DNA from: Thermodesulfobacteriota bacterium | Lineage (GTDB): Bacteria; Desulfobacterota; Desulfobacteria; Desulfobacterales; C00003060 | NCBI GenBank assembly: GCA_034189385.1 | Contig: JAXHVD010000018.1 | Coordinates: 28,398 to 92,397, forward strand | Direction: 5' to 3' | DNA length: 64,000 nucleotides | Shown: positions 8,887 to 19,002 of the stretch, in pieces | Layout of the letters: every line of letters begins with the position of its first letter | Numbering within the stretch: position 1 is the stretch's first letter | Made by a program: the position numbers and the translations under genes | Notes under the pieces: generated by a model | Seen by the model: the letters and a program-made list of their open reading frames with translations, nothing else | What the model was told of the DNA's origin: nothing | Databases searched by the model: none

Positions 8887-10638
8887 TCACAGCCCCAACA
8901 GGGGCTCCTCTTTAGGATAGCTTACCACAAAGGAGACGTCTATCTGCTTTACGCCTTTTGGTTGAAGCACAAATGACCAACGGTGTACGCCTTCCCTGTC
9001 CTGGTAGTTTTTCTCCGTAGGCTCCGGCCTTATCTTTAGATCTTCCACCTTGATCTTGTCCGTTCTCGACACAGGGATGCTCTCAAGGATATTGATGGTC
9101 AGAGGGTTGTTTTTTAGGTTTTCCGCAGTGATCTTAAATGCCATACTTCGAACAACGGTATCCCTCTCAAACTTGCCAAAAAAGGTCTCTTTGACCTTGT
9201 CCGTGATCTTTTCCCGCTTGACCTTCACCTCTCGATCTGCGCCAAGATTCAAATCAAAGGTCTCGCCAGGCTTCTTTTCCTTCAGAAAGGTCTTGCCCAC
9301 AAAGTGGGTACCAAAATGCACATTCATGGGGCCGCCAAGGAGTTCCTTGTCGGCGATGGCTTTGCAGACCAAGAAGGACAAAGGGGTGATCTTTGGCGCG
9401 GCATAGTGCAGGAACTCTCCCTTCAAGGTCTTAGTGAAAAGGGGCAACAGGGACTCTTTGTCCTTGGATTCGATGGTAAGCTTCCGGGGCATCTGGTATT
9501 CAAAGGATAGAGGCAGCTCCTTTCTCCGGGCCATCACAAAGCCAGCCTCTCTTTCGGCCTTGGTCTCCTCAGCAACCGTTTTGTCCATCTCGTCAGAAGC
9601 CATGGGGGCGGCAGTCTTTCGGCTCAAACCAATATGTTCGCGGCGATACACTCCTGTCTCAGGCCGTTGAATGTCCAGGATCCAACTTGGAAGCTGAGGA
9701 AGACCTGCGCCTTTGAGAGGGACCACATTTGAGACAAAGAGGTCCACGTTCTGCCAATCTTCCCCTGTCTTTTGATGAATCTTTGAGAACATGGTGAGAT
9801 TCACTGCCTTCAAATCCAGCGGGACGGCTGCCTTGTACAGGGGCTGCCAAAAGGCATTGTACACGAGATAGCTGGCTTGAATCTTGATTTGCTGCTCCTC
9901 CTTGGCATTGAATAAAACCTCGATCGTCTTCTTTTCTCTCTGTTGGCGAGCAGTCAGAGACGCCAGCTCCCTTTCTACGACTTGAATCTCCTTGCTTATT
10001 GATTCGGTCTTGTCATTCAAGCTTTGTCTTTGATGGTGAATCTGCTCAAAGTTGTTTCCCAAAAAAGCCATGGTCTTCTCCAGGTCTTCCGTCTGTGGAA
10101 AGGAGGTTTTGATATCCTGAGGAACCTGGGTTTTTGCAAAGTCAATGACCGAGCCCAAAAACTGCTCCTTGTTTTTTAGGACAGCCTTGCTGTCTTCCAC
10201 CACCTTCAAAGACGCCTGGAGCTCCCGCAGCTTCTCTTCCAGGGCCCGGATATTCTCCTGCGGGGCCTCCTCCAAATAAATCTCCTTCAGTTGCACGCTG
10301 TAGACCTCGCCGTCTCCCAAGACCCTGGCAGAAACAGAATCAGAGTCCACGCGAAAGGCTTTCACTTCTAGCAGGATTTCATTTAAGCCCTCACGGACTT
10401 GCACCTGTGCCTCCCGTGTGACCAAGGCCTGATTGGAAAAAAGGGTGACCGCCTGGATCTGGGACGGCACGGTCTCCTGGGCAGCAGACAGCGACACTGC
10501 GAGCACAAGGCCAAATGCTGCCAGGAGCAACGTCATGGCTCTTTTTCCAAGTGACATGCCAAGCAATCCATAGCCGACTGCCCCAATTCGCTGACAGAGA
10601 GTTCCCTCCCCCATCCTTTTTGAAACGCGACTCTTCAT
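8887..10638 (-). CDS. DUF4140/DUF4139 (MuiA-like) exported protein; start uncertain
   Basis: IQAVTLFSNQALVTR, coiled coil, WQPLY, QKTGEDW, LNLGAD. Confidence 0.85.
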   Translation of the reverse strand: MKSRVSKRMGEGTLCQRIGAVGYGLLGMSLGKRAMTLLLAAFGLVLAVSLSAAQETVPSQIQAVTLFSNQALVTREAQVQVREGLNEILLEVKAFRVDSDSVSARVLGDGEVYSVQLKEIYLEEAPQENIRALEEKLRELQASLKVVEDSKAVLKNKEQFLGSVIDFAKTQVPQDIKTSFPQTEDLEKTMAFLGNNFEQIHHQRQSLNDKTESISKEIQVVERELASLTARQQREKKTIEVLFNAKEEQQIKIQASYLVYNAFWQPLYKAAVPLDLKAVNLTMFSKIHQKTGEDWQNVDLFVSNVVPLKGAGLPQLPSWILDIQRPETGVYRREHIGLSRKTAAPMASDEMDKTVAEETKAEREAGFVMARRKELPLSFEYQMPRKLTIESKDKESLLPLFTKTLKGEFLHYAAPKITPLSFLVCKAIADKELLGGPMNVHFGTHFVGKTFLKEKKPGETFDLNLGADREVKVKREKITDKVKETFFGKFERDTVVRSMAFKITAENLKNNPLTINILESIPVSRTDKIKVEDLKIRPEPTEKNYQDREGVHRWSFVLQPKGVKQIDVSFVVSYPKEEPLLGL

Positions 10639-10899
10639 TTTTCCATGCCTCCTCCCCCTGAAGAAATCTTTCTCCCTTGCACTTCCCTCTCTGAAGTCCC
10701 CATCTGGAAAACAGCCCCAAAATCGCCCAAAATCACTTTGTTTTCAGGCGAGCTGTCCTCTATAGCCCGAACACCGTCTCTTATGGCCGAAAAAATCAGA
10801 TCCAGGTGCTTTTGCCGCTCAAGGGCGCCATCTTCTCCAATGACGACGTATGCAGGGCTGATGGAATTCCTTGGGGCGTCCGACCCGAAAAAAAGGGAA

Positions 10900-10938
10900 A
10901 AAACTTGAGTCTATCAAAAGCCAATAGAAGACTCGAGT
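10900..10938 (-). terminator. Possible intrinsic terminator
   Basis: ctcgagtct...agactcaag stem followed by a T run on the minus strand. Confidence 0.45.
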
Positions 10939-11103
10939 CCAAGCGCTTTATCAGGACCAGCGAAAAAGCTTGCCCCCATTGAGCCGAAGGTGAGACAAGC
11001 TCTGTTTTGTGCGTGGGAGCAAACCCTCATTTGTAAATCAATTGATTCTGCTTCTTGGTCACCCTCGTTCTTAGGTGAGCTACCAAGGAACGGTAGGAGG
11101 GAA

Positions 11104-12693
11104 CTATTCTCTAAGACCTGCAGCTTTCTGGAGTATGAAAAACACCTCTTCTAAACCAATCTTGTCATCTTTGTTAATATCAGCTTCTTTTTGGACAGGG
11201 GTGGAAGGTTCCAGACCTGCCAATACCTGCAACGCCAAGAGCGCATCTGTAAGATCCACGTTGCCGTCACCATTAATGTCTCCTTTGGGATCCTTACCAG
11301 TAGTAAAGGACCACTGATAATCAGTCTCCATAGGATTTCCAGCCAAGTCCTGGACTCCAGTCGTAATGGTAGCAGTGTAAATGGTGTTGCATGCCAGGTC
11401 GGCTCTAGGAGTAAACGTGGCCGTCCTATCATCATAGGTCACCGTGCCAAAGATGTTGCATGAACCATCATTTACCAGAAAGGTCATGTCATCCAGTGTA
11501 GAGGCATTCATGGCCTCCGAAAAACTCGCGCGAACAGCTGTCTTCACAGGCACGTCCGTGGAGCCGTCTGTGGGGGCAGTCGTCAACACCGAGGGGCCAG
11601 TCATGTCAGCCGCATACCTCCAGACCTCGGCCCCGGTGACGTCATTGCTTGTTCCAACAAAGAGAGCATTCTTATACACGGCCATACCGTCCTCTTCGAT
11701 CATGACATTGTTCCCATCCCCGAACCCATCAGTATTGGCCTGCATCCACAGTGCACCGTCATATTGCCATAACTCCGCACCACTGGCTTCATTGCACGTC
11801 CCCACATAAAGGAGGTTATGATAGACGCACATTCCCACGGCAGCCATGTTGCCTGTGTCTCCATCCCATCCGTTGTCTACCTGGATCCACGTGGCCCCGT
11901 TATATTGCCACACCTCAGCACCTCTGGCGGCGTTCACCGTTCCCACGTAAAGCTGATTGTTGTACACGGCCATGGCAGCGGCCTCATTCTTCGCATCGCC
12001 AAAACCATCATCATGTATCTTTGCCCAGGTCGCCCCACCATACTGCCAAACCTGCGCGCCCGTGGGATTTTTTGTTGTCACATAGAGATGCCCGTCATAT
12101 TCGGCCAGATCTACGGCAATGAAGTTAAACGGATCGCCAAAACCATCAGAATTTGCCTGGCGCCACAATACCCCATCATATTGCCATACCCTTGCGCCCA
12201 AAAGGCCTCCTCCTGACCCTGCGTAGAGATGGCTGTTGTAGACGGCCATACTGTCGGCTATATGGTTTTGCCGATTCCCGAAACCATCGCTATTGACCTG
12301 AACCCAAGCTGCGCCGCTGTACACCCACACCTCGGCGCCTCTGGCATTCTCCGTTCCCACATAGAGATAGTTGTTATGGACGGCCATACTGTCGGTCGTC
12401 TCATTATCAGGATCCCCAAAGCCATCGGTGTTGATCTGGACCCAGTTTGTCCCATCATATCGCCATACTTCCGCACCTGAACCTGTCCCCCCTGGCCACA
12501 GAGCATGGCTGTTCTCTGTTCCTGCGTACAAACAGTTATTGTAGACGGCCATACTCGTGGCACGTGCGTTTCCGGCATCTCCAAAACCGTCAGTGTTGAC
12601 CTGGGTCCAATTCTGGGCGTGGGCCAAAGAGGAAAGGACAAAACACAGCGTAAAAAGCAAGGTGGTTGGGAAAATGGTGATTGGATTCTTCAT
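11104..12693 (-). CDS. Secreted 7-repeat beta-propeller protein with Ig-like (Big_5/SbsA) domain and C-terminal dockerin
   Basis: Signal peptide; 7 repeats W.Q.N.DGFGD..N...MAVY...LY.GT.N..GAEVW.Y; FSEAMN...WSFTT; GDINGDGNVDLTDA and ADINKDDKIGLEE. Confidence 0.88.
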   Translation of the reverse strand: MKNPITIFPTTLLFTLCFVLSSLAHAQNWTQVNTDGFGDAGNARATSMAVYNNCLYAGTENSHALWPGGTGSGAEVWRYDGTNWVQINTDGFGDPDNETTDSMAVHNNYLYVGTENARGAEVWVYSGAAWVQVNSDGFGNRQNHIADSMAVYNSHLYAGSGGGLLGARVWQYDGVLWRQANSDGFGDPFNFIAVDLAEYDGHLYVTTKNPTGAQVWQYGGATWAKIHDDGFGDAKNEAAAMAVYNNQLYVGTVNAARGAEVWQYNGATWIQVDNGWDGDTGNMAAVGMCVYHNLLYVGTCNEASGAELWQYDGALWMQANTDGFGDGNNVMIEEDGMAVYKNALFVGTSNDVTGAEVWRYAADMTGPSVLTTAPTDGSTDVPVKTAVRASFSEAMNASTLDDMTFLVNDGSCNIFGTVTYDDRTATFTPRADLACNTIYTATITTGVQDLAGNPMETDYQWSFTTGKDPKGDINGDGNVDLTDALLALQVLAGLEPSTPVQKEADINKDDKIGLEEVFFILQKAAGLRE

Positions 12694-13018
12694 CTATGGG
12701 TTCCCTCCCTTGGACTCGGAGTCTGTGAAACGCGACATACATTGCCATGTTGAGACCCCTTCTCAAAATTAGACTGTTGTCCGGGGACGCCCATGGCCCG
12801 AATCGCGGAAAGAGGATGTGGAGAAGCGCTGAACAAGAGATGCCTTCTGGCCTATCCATACAAGACCTGCGGGCCTCTTTGCAAGTATAATTTTATATAA
12901 ATACATATAACTTATATGCATAATAATATTAATATCACAACCAGTGTAAAAATCAACGGAAAAATCAAATATTTGGAGGTTATCTTTCGGTGGTTTGGGA
13001 AAAAATCAATATATAGAC

Positions 13019-13058
13019 AAAAAAGGCACTGGTGCTACAACATGTAGACTGCAGTGCC
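13019..13058 (-). terminator. Intrinsic terminator after the degT-like gene
   Basis: ggcactg..ctaca-tgt-tgtag..cagtgcc hairpin followed by TTTTTT. Confidence 0.6.
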
Positions 13059-13122
13059 ATCGGAACCCAAGAAGCTGCAAAAAAATGGACAGGTACAAAG
13101 GAAAGGCAGTGCCATTGGCAGA

Positions 13123-14319
13123 TCAAGCCCAAAATCCGCAGATAGCGGCCACGACATACTCCTTCTGCTCGGAGGTCAGCTCAGGGTATATGGGTAAAGC
13201 CAGGGTTTTCTTTGCTGCCTCTTCACTGACAGGAAAGGAGCCATAGGGATAACCCAAACTGGCGAAGCACTCCTGCAGGTGCAGAGGCACGGGATAGTAG
13301 ATCTCTGTGCCCACCCCCCTGTCCGTGAGAAAGGCCCTCAGTTCATCACGATGGGGGGTGCTGATGACGAATTGATTGTAGATATGGTAGTGTGATTGAA
13401 AGGCTTTGCTATCGGAATCGGTGGGCCGACTTTCCTCAACTGTCTCTTTCCACACGGCTTTTGGCAAGGAAACGCGTCCTTTTTCAACCAGACCGAACGA
13501 CTCCAGTGCACGCTGATACCACGCCGCGTTTTTTTGACGCTTGGCAGTCCATCTATCCAAATATCTGAGCTTTACAGACAACACTGCGGCCTGAATAGCA
13601 TCCAGCCTAAAATTGCCTCCCACAACCTCGTGATAGTACTTGGGCTCCGATCCATGGACCCTTAGGATTCGCAGCCTATGTGACCGATCTGGATCACTGG
13701 TGGTCACCATGCCGCCATCGCCAAATCCGCCCAGGTTCTTGGAAGGAAAGAAAGAAAAACACCCGTAGTGGCCCATAGAACCGGCTCTGCAGACCCTTGA
13801 ACCAGAGGCCGTAGTGGAAACATACTCCGCACCGATGGCCTGGGCCGCATCTTCAATCACCACAAGGCCATGCCTATTGGCAATCTCCAAAATGGGATCC
13901 ATGTCCGCACACTGCCCATAGAGATGAACAGGGATAATGGCCCGTGTCCGCTCCGTAATTCTTTCTTCAATCAAACGCGGGGCCATGTTGTACGTATCGG
14001 GCTGGATATCGACGAACACCGGAGTTGCGCCAGTACGAGAGATCACGCCCGCTGTCGCAAAGAAGGTGTAAGGTGTTGTGATCACTTCATCTCCTGGTCC
14101 GATCTCTTCTGCCATGAGACAGATCAACAAGGCGTCAGATCCGGAACTGACGCCCACGGCATGGAGGCAGTTGCTATAGGCAGCCACCTCTTCTTCCAGG
14201 CGGCTCACCTTGGGTCCTAAGATGAAATACTGACTCTCTAAGACCTCTTCTAGGGCAGGTACGACTTCATCTCGGATAGCCTTGTATTGGGCCTTAAGGT
14301 CCAGCAATGGAATTTTCAT
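13123..14319 (-). CDS. DegT/DnrJ/EryC1/StrS sugar aminotransferase
   Basis: [31 protein letters not shown] (PLP lysine). Confidence 0.95.
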   Translation of the reverse strand: MKIPLLDLKAQYKAIRDEVVPALEEVLESQYFILGPKVSRLEEEVAAYSNCLHAVGVSSGSDALLICLMAEEIGPGDEVITTPYTFFATAGVISRTGATPVFVDIQPDTYNMAPRLIEERITERTRAIIPVHLYGQCADMDPILEIANRHGLVVIEDAAQAIGAEYVSTTASGSRVCRAGSMGHYGCFSFFPSKNLGGFGDGGMVTTSDPDRSHRLRILRVHGSEPKYYHEVVGGNFRLDAIQAAVLSVKLRYLDRWTAKRQKNAAWYQRALESFGLVEKGRVSLPKAVWKETVEESRPTDSDSKAFQSHYHIYNQFVISTPHRDELRAFLTDRGVGTEIYYPVPLHLQECFASLGYPYGSFPVSEEAAKKTLALPIYPELTSEQKEYVVAAICGFWA

Positions 14320-14404
14320 GGTCTATCTTCCTTTCACAGCTTAAAAGCTCTTCACGCTGTTGCCCCATTCCCCTGGGCAGAGGGCTCTGCCTCTGAGCGC
14401 CTTA

Positions 14405-14433
14405 AAAAACAAAAAAGGCCAAGTAGAGGCCTT
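14405..14433 (-). terminator. Probable intrinsic terminator
   Basis: aaaggcc-tctactt-ggccttt followed by tttgtttttt. Confidence 0.5.
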
Positions 14434-14548
14434 TGATAAGCATGGACACAGGTGGCAACCACTAAACGAACTGGGCGAAAATGGTGCCACCACGATGTCC
14501 CCCACCACCAGGGCGGGGCGCAAGAGGCACTATTTCTTTAGGATTTCG

Positions 14549-15106
14549 CTAATCCTTCACCACAATGTAATGCCGGATGCCGGTAAAAGTCGACGCCCCT
14601 ATCCCTTGAACATGCCTCACATCATCGATATGCTGAAATGGGCCATGGGTCTTTCTGAACTCATGAATCCTCACCGCCGAGACAGGTCCAATGCTGGGCA
14701 GCCGCACCAACTCTTCCAGGTCGGCCTTGTTAATGTTGACAAGGCCAGTCATCTCCTCTTTGACCTGTTTGAGCTTCAGTCTCTGGTAGTGCTCCTCTAG
14801 GTGCTTCCTCGCCACCTCTTGGTGCCTCGGCTCCACCCAGGATTCGTGGCTAAAGGTGCCAAGACAATAGATCAACTGGTTCATGTCCACGAAGCCGTTC
14901 ATGTCCCGATAGGGAAAATGTCTTACCTTTCTCCCGTTCTTGTCTATCTCCACCAGGGCAAAGGAGCTGTCCGGCAAAGACCTCACCGTAAGGTCCGACC
15001 ACGGCTGGCCACACACGGGTTCAGGGAGCGACCATGACAACACCAGCATGGCCACAAAAACAGCACCAATAAGACCTTTTCCCAAGCCGCCTTCTAGCCG
15101 CATCAC
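14549..15106 (-). CDS. Exported protein with N-terminal LPDSSFA domain and C-terminal ComEA-type helix-hairpin-helix domain
   Basis: Signal peptide; VNINKADLEELVRLPSIGP...GPF...V.GIG. Confidence 0.85.
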   Translation of the reverse strand: MMRLEGGLGKGLIGAVFVAMLVLSWSLPEPVCGQPWSDLTVRSLPDSSFALVEIDKNGRKVRHFPYRDMNGFVDMNQLIYCLGTFSHESWVEPRHQEVARKHLEEHYQRLKLKQVKEEMTGLVNINKADLEELVRLPSIGPVSAVRIHEFRKTHGPFQHIDDVRHVQGIGASTFTGIRHYIVVKD

Positions 15107-15162
15107 GGGGCCTCCAAATGCTCTTTTTGCACCTACGTTGAAAAAAGGGGGGCTTTGTCAGA

Positions 15163-15483
15163 CTAGTGGATAGTGATCTTATCCTTGTTGGCGTCAAAGG
15201 TCTTCGAGCCAATGCCCGGGACCTTCACGATGTCCTCTACCTGCTTAAATGGGCCGTGCGCTTTTCGGAACTGGACAATCGCCTCTGCATATTTTTCTCC
15301 GACCCCTTTGAGCTGAGTCAACTCTTCGATGGAAGCGGTGTTAATATTGATTTTCTCACCTGCCGTGGCATGTGCTTCGGACCCTGCCTTTTGTGTCTCT
15401 CCCGCCATAGAAACAGTAGGAACAAATGCAACAACCAGCGCTACGGCCAGGGACAACACTAGAAAACGCTTACATTCTTTCAT
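15163..15483 (-). CDS. comEA: ComEA family DNA-binding protein
   Basis: Signal peptide; KININTASIEELTQLKGVGEKYAEAIV...GPFK...VPGIG. Confidence 0.9.
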   Translation of the reverse strand: MKECKRFLVLSLAVALVVAFVPTVSMAGETQKAGSEAHATAGEKININTASIEELTQLKGVGEKYAEAIVQFRKAHGPFKQVEDIVKVPGIGSKTFDANKDKITIH

Positions 15484-15655
15484 GTCCCTCTCCTCTCCTC
15501 AGCCCCCCTTTTTTTCGACTGAGCCAGCCCGGTTCATCCTGTCTTGTCTTACACCAACCCTAAATCAGGGACAACGAAAAAGGCATTTTCCCATCGTTCA
15601 CCATGGCAACATGGGTCGGACTGCCATGGCCACACTTCCAAAAGGTCTCTCCCCC

Positions 15656-16651
15656 TTAATCATCCCCATATCCGTCGGGATGGGCCCTATGCCAATTCCA
15701 GGCAGTCTCTACGATGGTCTCAAGATCAGGGAACTTCGTGTGCCACCCCAATTCCTCGGCCGCCTTTCGACTTGAGCTAATCAACACGGCCGGATCGCCT
15801 GCCCGTCTCGCCGTCACCTTGGTGGCAATGGGCCTGCCTGTGACCCGTCGGGCCACATCCACGACTTCTTCCACAGAATAGCCCTTGCCGTTTCCAAGGT
15901 TGTATTGACCTCCAGGCAAACCGTTTAGCAGCCTTTCCAGGGCAAGGAGATGGGCCTTGGTCAAGTCCTCCACGTGGATGTAGTCCCGGACACAGGTCCC
16001 GTCTGCAGTAGGATAGTCATTGCCGAATATGTCTACACAGGGTCTTTGGCCCAAGGCTGTCTGAAGCACCAGGGGGATAAGGTGTGTCTCGGGACGATGA
16101 TCCTCGCCCAAATCACCGCCACGGTCTGCCCCGGCCGCGTTGAAATAGCGCAGACTGATCGATTCCAACCCGTAGGCTGTCCTGTAATCCTCAAGGATCT
16201 GCTCAACCATAACCTTGGTTCTTCCGTACGGGCTGATCGGGCTTTGAGGATGTTCTTCGTTAATAGGGATTTCGATAGGCTGACCATAGGTGGCACAAGA
16301 AGAGGAAAAGATGAACCTACGCACCTTCTTCTCCACCATCCCCTTGAGGAGGGAAAGGGTATGAGACACATTATTCTCGTAATACTTGGCAGGACTTGTG
16401 ACAGACTCTCCCACGTAACAAAAGGCAGCAAAATGCATGACTGCTTCAATAGGATAGTCTGAAAAAACCTTGCTGAGTAAAGCTGAATCGTTCATGGGGC
16501 CTTTGTACAAAGGCCCCCACTTTACGGCCTGTTCATGGCCGTAAATCAGGTTGTCCAGGACGATGGGCTCGTAGCCCGCCTTCGAAAGGTGCTTGCACAT
16601 GTGCGAGCCGATATAACCGGCCCCGCCTACGACCAAGATACTCCCTGTCAT
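15656..16651 (-). CDS. galE: UDP-glucose 4-epimerase
   Basis: GGAGYIGSH, YGRTK, LRYFNAAGA, DGTCVRDYIHV. Confidence 0.95.
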   Translation of the reverse strand: MTGSILVVGGAGYIGSHMCKHLSKAGYEPIVLDNLIYGHEQAVKWGPLYKGPMNDSALLSKVFSDYPIEAVMHFAAFCYVGESVTSPAKYYENNVSHTLSLLKGMVEKKVRRFIFSSSCATYGQPIEIPINEEHPQSPISPYGRTKVMVEQILEDYRTAYGLESISLRYFNAAGADRGGDLGEDHRPETHLIPLVLQTALGQRPCVDIFGNDYPTADGTCVRDYIHVEDLTKAHLLALERLLNGLPGGQYNLGNGKGYSVEEVVDVARRVTGRPIATKVTARRAGDPAVLISSSRKAAEELGWHTKFPDLETIVETAWNWHRAHPDGYGDD

Positions 16652-16918
16652 GACAACGGCCTCTCCACGATGCCGTAAGGCCCTGAGTCGCCCCAAGGTC
16701 TCAACGTCGCTTCCAATGCAAAGAGGATGACAGGAAGCATCATGTGAACAAAACAGAGCATTTCTTTTAGAAAAGCGTCCATATGCAGCCTCAATAGCGG
16801 CGGCTGGCTCATCGGCCCCTCCGCGGCATCTTGGTCCGCCATGGAAGGGGGAAATGGCTCAGGGCCACAAAAGGCGTTGACGCAATGGGCCAAATTTGCC
16901 TCTTTCCCACAGCCTTTG

Positions 16919-17491
16919 TCATTTCGCATCCTGTTTTGCTCGTTCCACGTAAGAACTGGTCCGTGTGTCCACCTTGACCCTGTCACCGGTGTTCAAAAAG
17001 ATGGGCACAGGTATCACGGCCCCAGTCTCCAGGGTAGCCGGCTTGGTGACCTTGCTGGCTGTGTCGCCCTTTACACCGGGCTCAGTTTCAGTAATGGTAA
17101 GTTCCACAAAGAGTGGCAGATCAACCCCTATGGGCTCTTCATTGTAAAACATCACATTGACGGTTGTGTTCTCAGGGAGAAAGAGGCGGGTGTCGCCCAT
17201 CTGTTCTTCCGTCAGAAAGACCTGGTCATAGGTCTGATTATCCATGAGACAGTAGCTCTTGTTGTCCTTGTAAAGATATTGCATCTGCTTCTCTTCAAGG
17301 TCTGGCTTGCCAACCTTTTCCCCTGACCGAAAGGTTTGATCCAGCATCCGACCTGTAAGCATGTTCCTGAGCTTGGTGCGGACAAAGGCACCTCCTTTTC
17401 CCGGCTTTACATGCAAAAATTCTACGACCTCAAAGGGTTTCCCCTCTATCTCTATCCTTAAACCTTTTCTGAAGTTTGACGTGTCATACAT
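16919..17491 (-). CDS. efp: Elongation factor P (Lys34 type)
   Basis: HVKPGKGGAFVRTKL, PGVKGDT, KPATLETG. Confidence 0.98.
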   Translation of the reverse strand: MYDTSNFRKGLRIEIEGKPFEVVEFLHVKPGKGGAFVRTKLRNMLTGRMLDQTFRSGEKVGKPDLEEKQMQYLYKDNKSYCLMDNQTYDQVFLTEEQMGDTRLFLPENTTVNVMFYNEEPIGVDLPLFVELTITETEPGVKGDTASKVTKPATLETGAVIPVPIFLNTGDRVKVDTRTSSYVERAKQDAK

Positions 17492-17829
17492 GACTACTTA
17501 TCCAGCCCCTCCTTTTCCTGTTCGTTATGAAAGCCCCCCTGCGGCCCGTCTCAAGATAGGCACGCAAGGCCCGCCCGGACGGGGGATCCAGCGGCCCGGG
17601 CAAAACTGTTTCTGCGACTATTTGAACGTGGGATGGGAGCATACCGCTTGGGGTGTCAATCGAACACGGAAGCCGACAAACGAGACTCCTTTTTCCGAGA
17701 GTTTTGCATGCCGACTTCAAGCGACCATTATAAGCTTTTTGGAGGACCCATCCCCTCCATGTGAACGGAGCAATCAAAAAGCTTATGTAGACAAGCGATA
17801 AGAGATTGCACAGCTCTCTTCTCTATCGC

Positions 17830-18564
17830 TCAAGCCTTCCGGGGCAGATTTGCCGCAGCCCGCACGGCCATGACGTATCCCTCTTTCCCAAAACCAGCCA
17901 GTTGGGCTGTCACCTTATCTGCTATCAACGATTTCTGCCCAACATTGCCCTTGGCATGGACGTTAGAAACATGCACTTCAATGATAGGAATGTCAAGACC
18001 TGAAAGGGCCTCCCTGATGGCCGCACCCTCGTAGGTATACCCTGCTGGGTTAATGATCATGGCATCATAGCCTTCAGCTGAGGCCTCTCTTATTCGCCGG
18101 GCCAGCTCCCCTTCATCGTCCGACTGAAAGGTGTCTACCTCTACGCTGCAAGCTGTGGCAGTCTCTCTGATCTCTTCGTCTATTTGCTCCAGTGTCACTT
18201 CACTGGACACAACAGGGGCTCTCTGCCTGAAAATGTCTGCCCGGGAGCCGTGTATCACCAGAATCCTTCTTTGGTGATGAAGCTGACGTCCACGTGTCTT
18301 CTTTTGCCCACCGATGCCCTGCTGCCACCTTTGGAGGCGGGAGAAGACGGCCTTTGTCCCAGATTCCAGGGATCCTCGTTTCTGCCTGCCGAGCCGTCTT
18401 TCAATATCCGTTAGGGCCTCCACCAATTCCGTTCTGTCCGGCTCCAAGGCTATGAGTCTTTTGTACACGTCGGCTGCCTTATTCAGAAGGCCTTGCTTCT
18501 CGTAGACCTTTGCCAGTGTCACTGTTGGGGTGACATCAGGAGGCAGGTCCGTGTTTACACCCAT
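17830..18564 (-). CDS. TPR domain fused to a type II dehydroquinase (AroQ)-like domain with degenerate active site
   Basis: TVTLAKVYEKQG...YKRLIALEP; IINPAGYT, IIEVHVSNVH, GFGKEGY. Confidence 0.8.
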   Translation of the reverse strand: MGVNTDLPPDVTPTVTLAKVYEKQGLLNKAADVYKRLIALEPDRTELVEALTDIERRLGRQKRGSLESGTKAVFSRLQRWQQGIGGQKKTRGRQLHHQRRILVIHGSRADIFRQRAPVVSSEVTLEQIDEEIRETATACSVEVDTFQSDDEGELARRIREASAEGYDAMIINPAGYTYEGAAIREALSGLDIPIIEVHVSNVHAKGNVGQKSLIADKVTAQLAGFGKEGYVMAVRAAANLPRKA

Positions 18565-18682
18565 TCCAATACCCCACAAGTTAGGCAAGTTGTCACCATC
18601 AATGTTTTTCGCAAATAGGATCGTGCCGGCTCTATGGGCTAAATGGAGGCAAAACGATGGCCAGGAGCAATAAACTGAAAGC

Positions 18683-18967
18683 CTATTCCTTCTTCTTTAG
18701 AACGACTACCTCGTCTTCTCTTGTCATCCCGTGTTCTGTCCTTGCGATATCTTCAACAAAATCCATATCTTTTCTTAGACGCTCTACGGTCCGATACCGT
18801 TCCTCGTTCTTCTCCTCAAGCACAACGTTGTCCCTATGCAAACGATCCCTTTCCTGCTTGAGGTGATAGAGATCAACAGCACCCCTATCGCCCAATCCGA
18901 TGACAACAAGGAAGCCAAGAAGGATCACGATACCCCCCAAAATGATGAGCTTGGCCTTCATCCCCAT
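18683..18967 (-). CDS. ftsB: Septum formation initiator (FtsB/DivIC family)
   Basis: One TM helix, coiled coil, EDIARTEHGM...E. Confidence 0.85.
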   Translation of the reverse strand: MGMKAKLIILGGIVILLGFLVVIGLGDRGAVDLYHLKQERDRLHRDNVVLEEKNEERYRTVERLRKDMDFVEDIARTEHGMTREDEVVVLKKKE

Positions 18968-19002
18968 AGGAAGCCCCTATCCTAAAAACGTGGGCATTGT
19001 GC

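Noticed and set aside
10965..11030. REP-doublet-like gcttgccccca...tgggagcaa
   Set aside because: Short, imperfect, single occurrence
13034..13047. CTACAACATGTAG palindrome as an operator for the dockerin gene
   Set aside because: Explained as the inner stem of the degT terminator
803..13100. Integrated element at tRNA-Pro
   Set aside because: Content is accessory, but no integrase or duplicated tRNA end was seen
17729..17787. ATAAGCTTTTT / AAAAAGCTTAT inverted repeat upstream of efp
   Set aside because: Single copy with no flanking duplication; function cannot be supported
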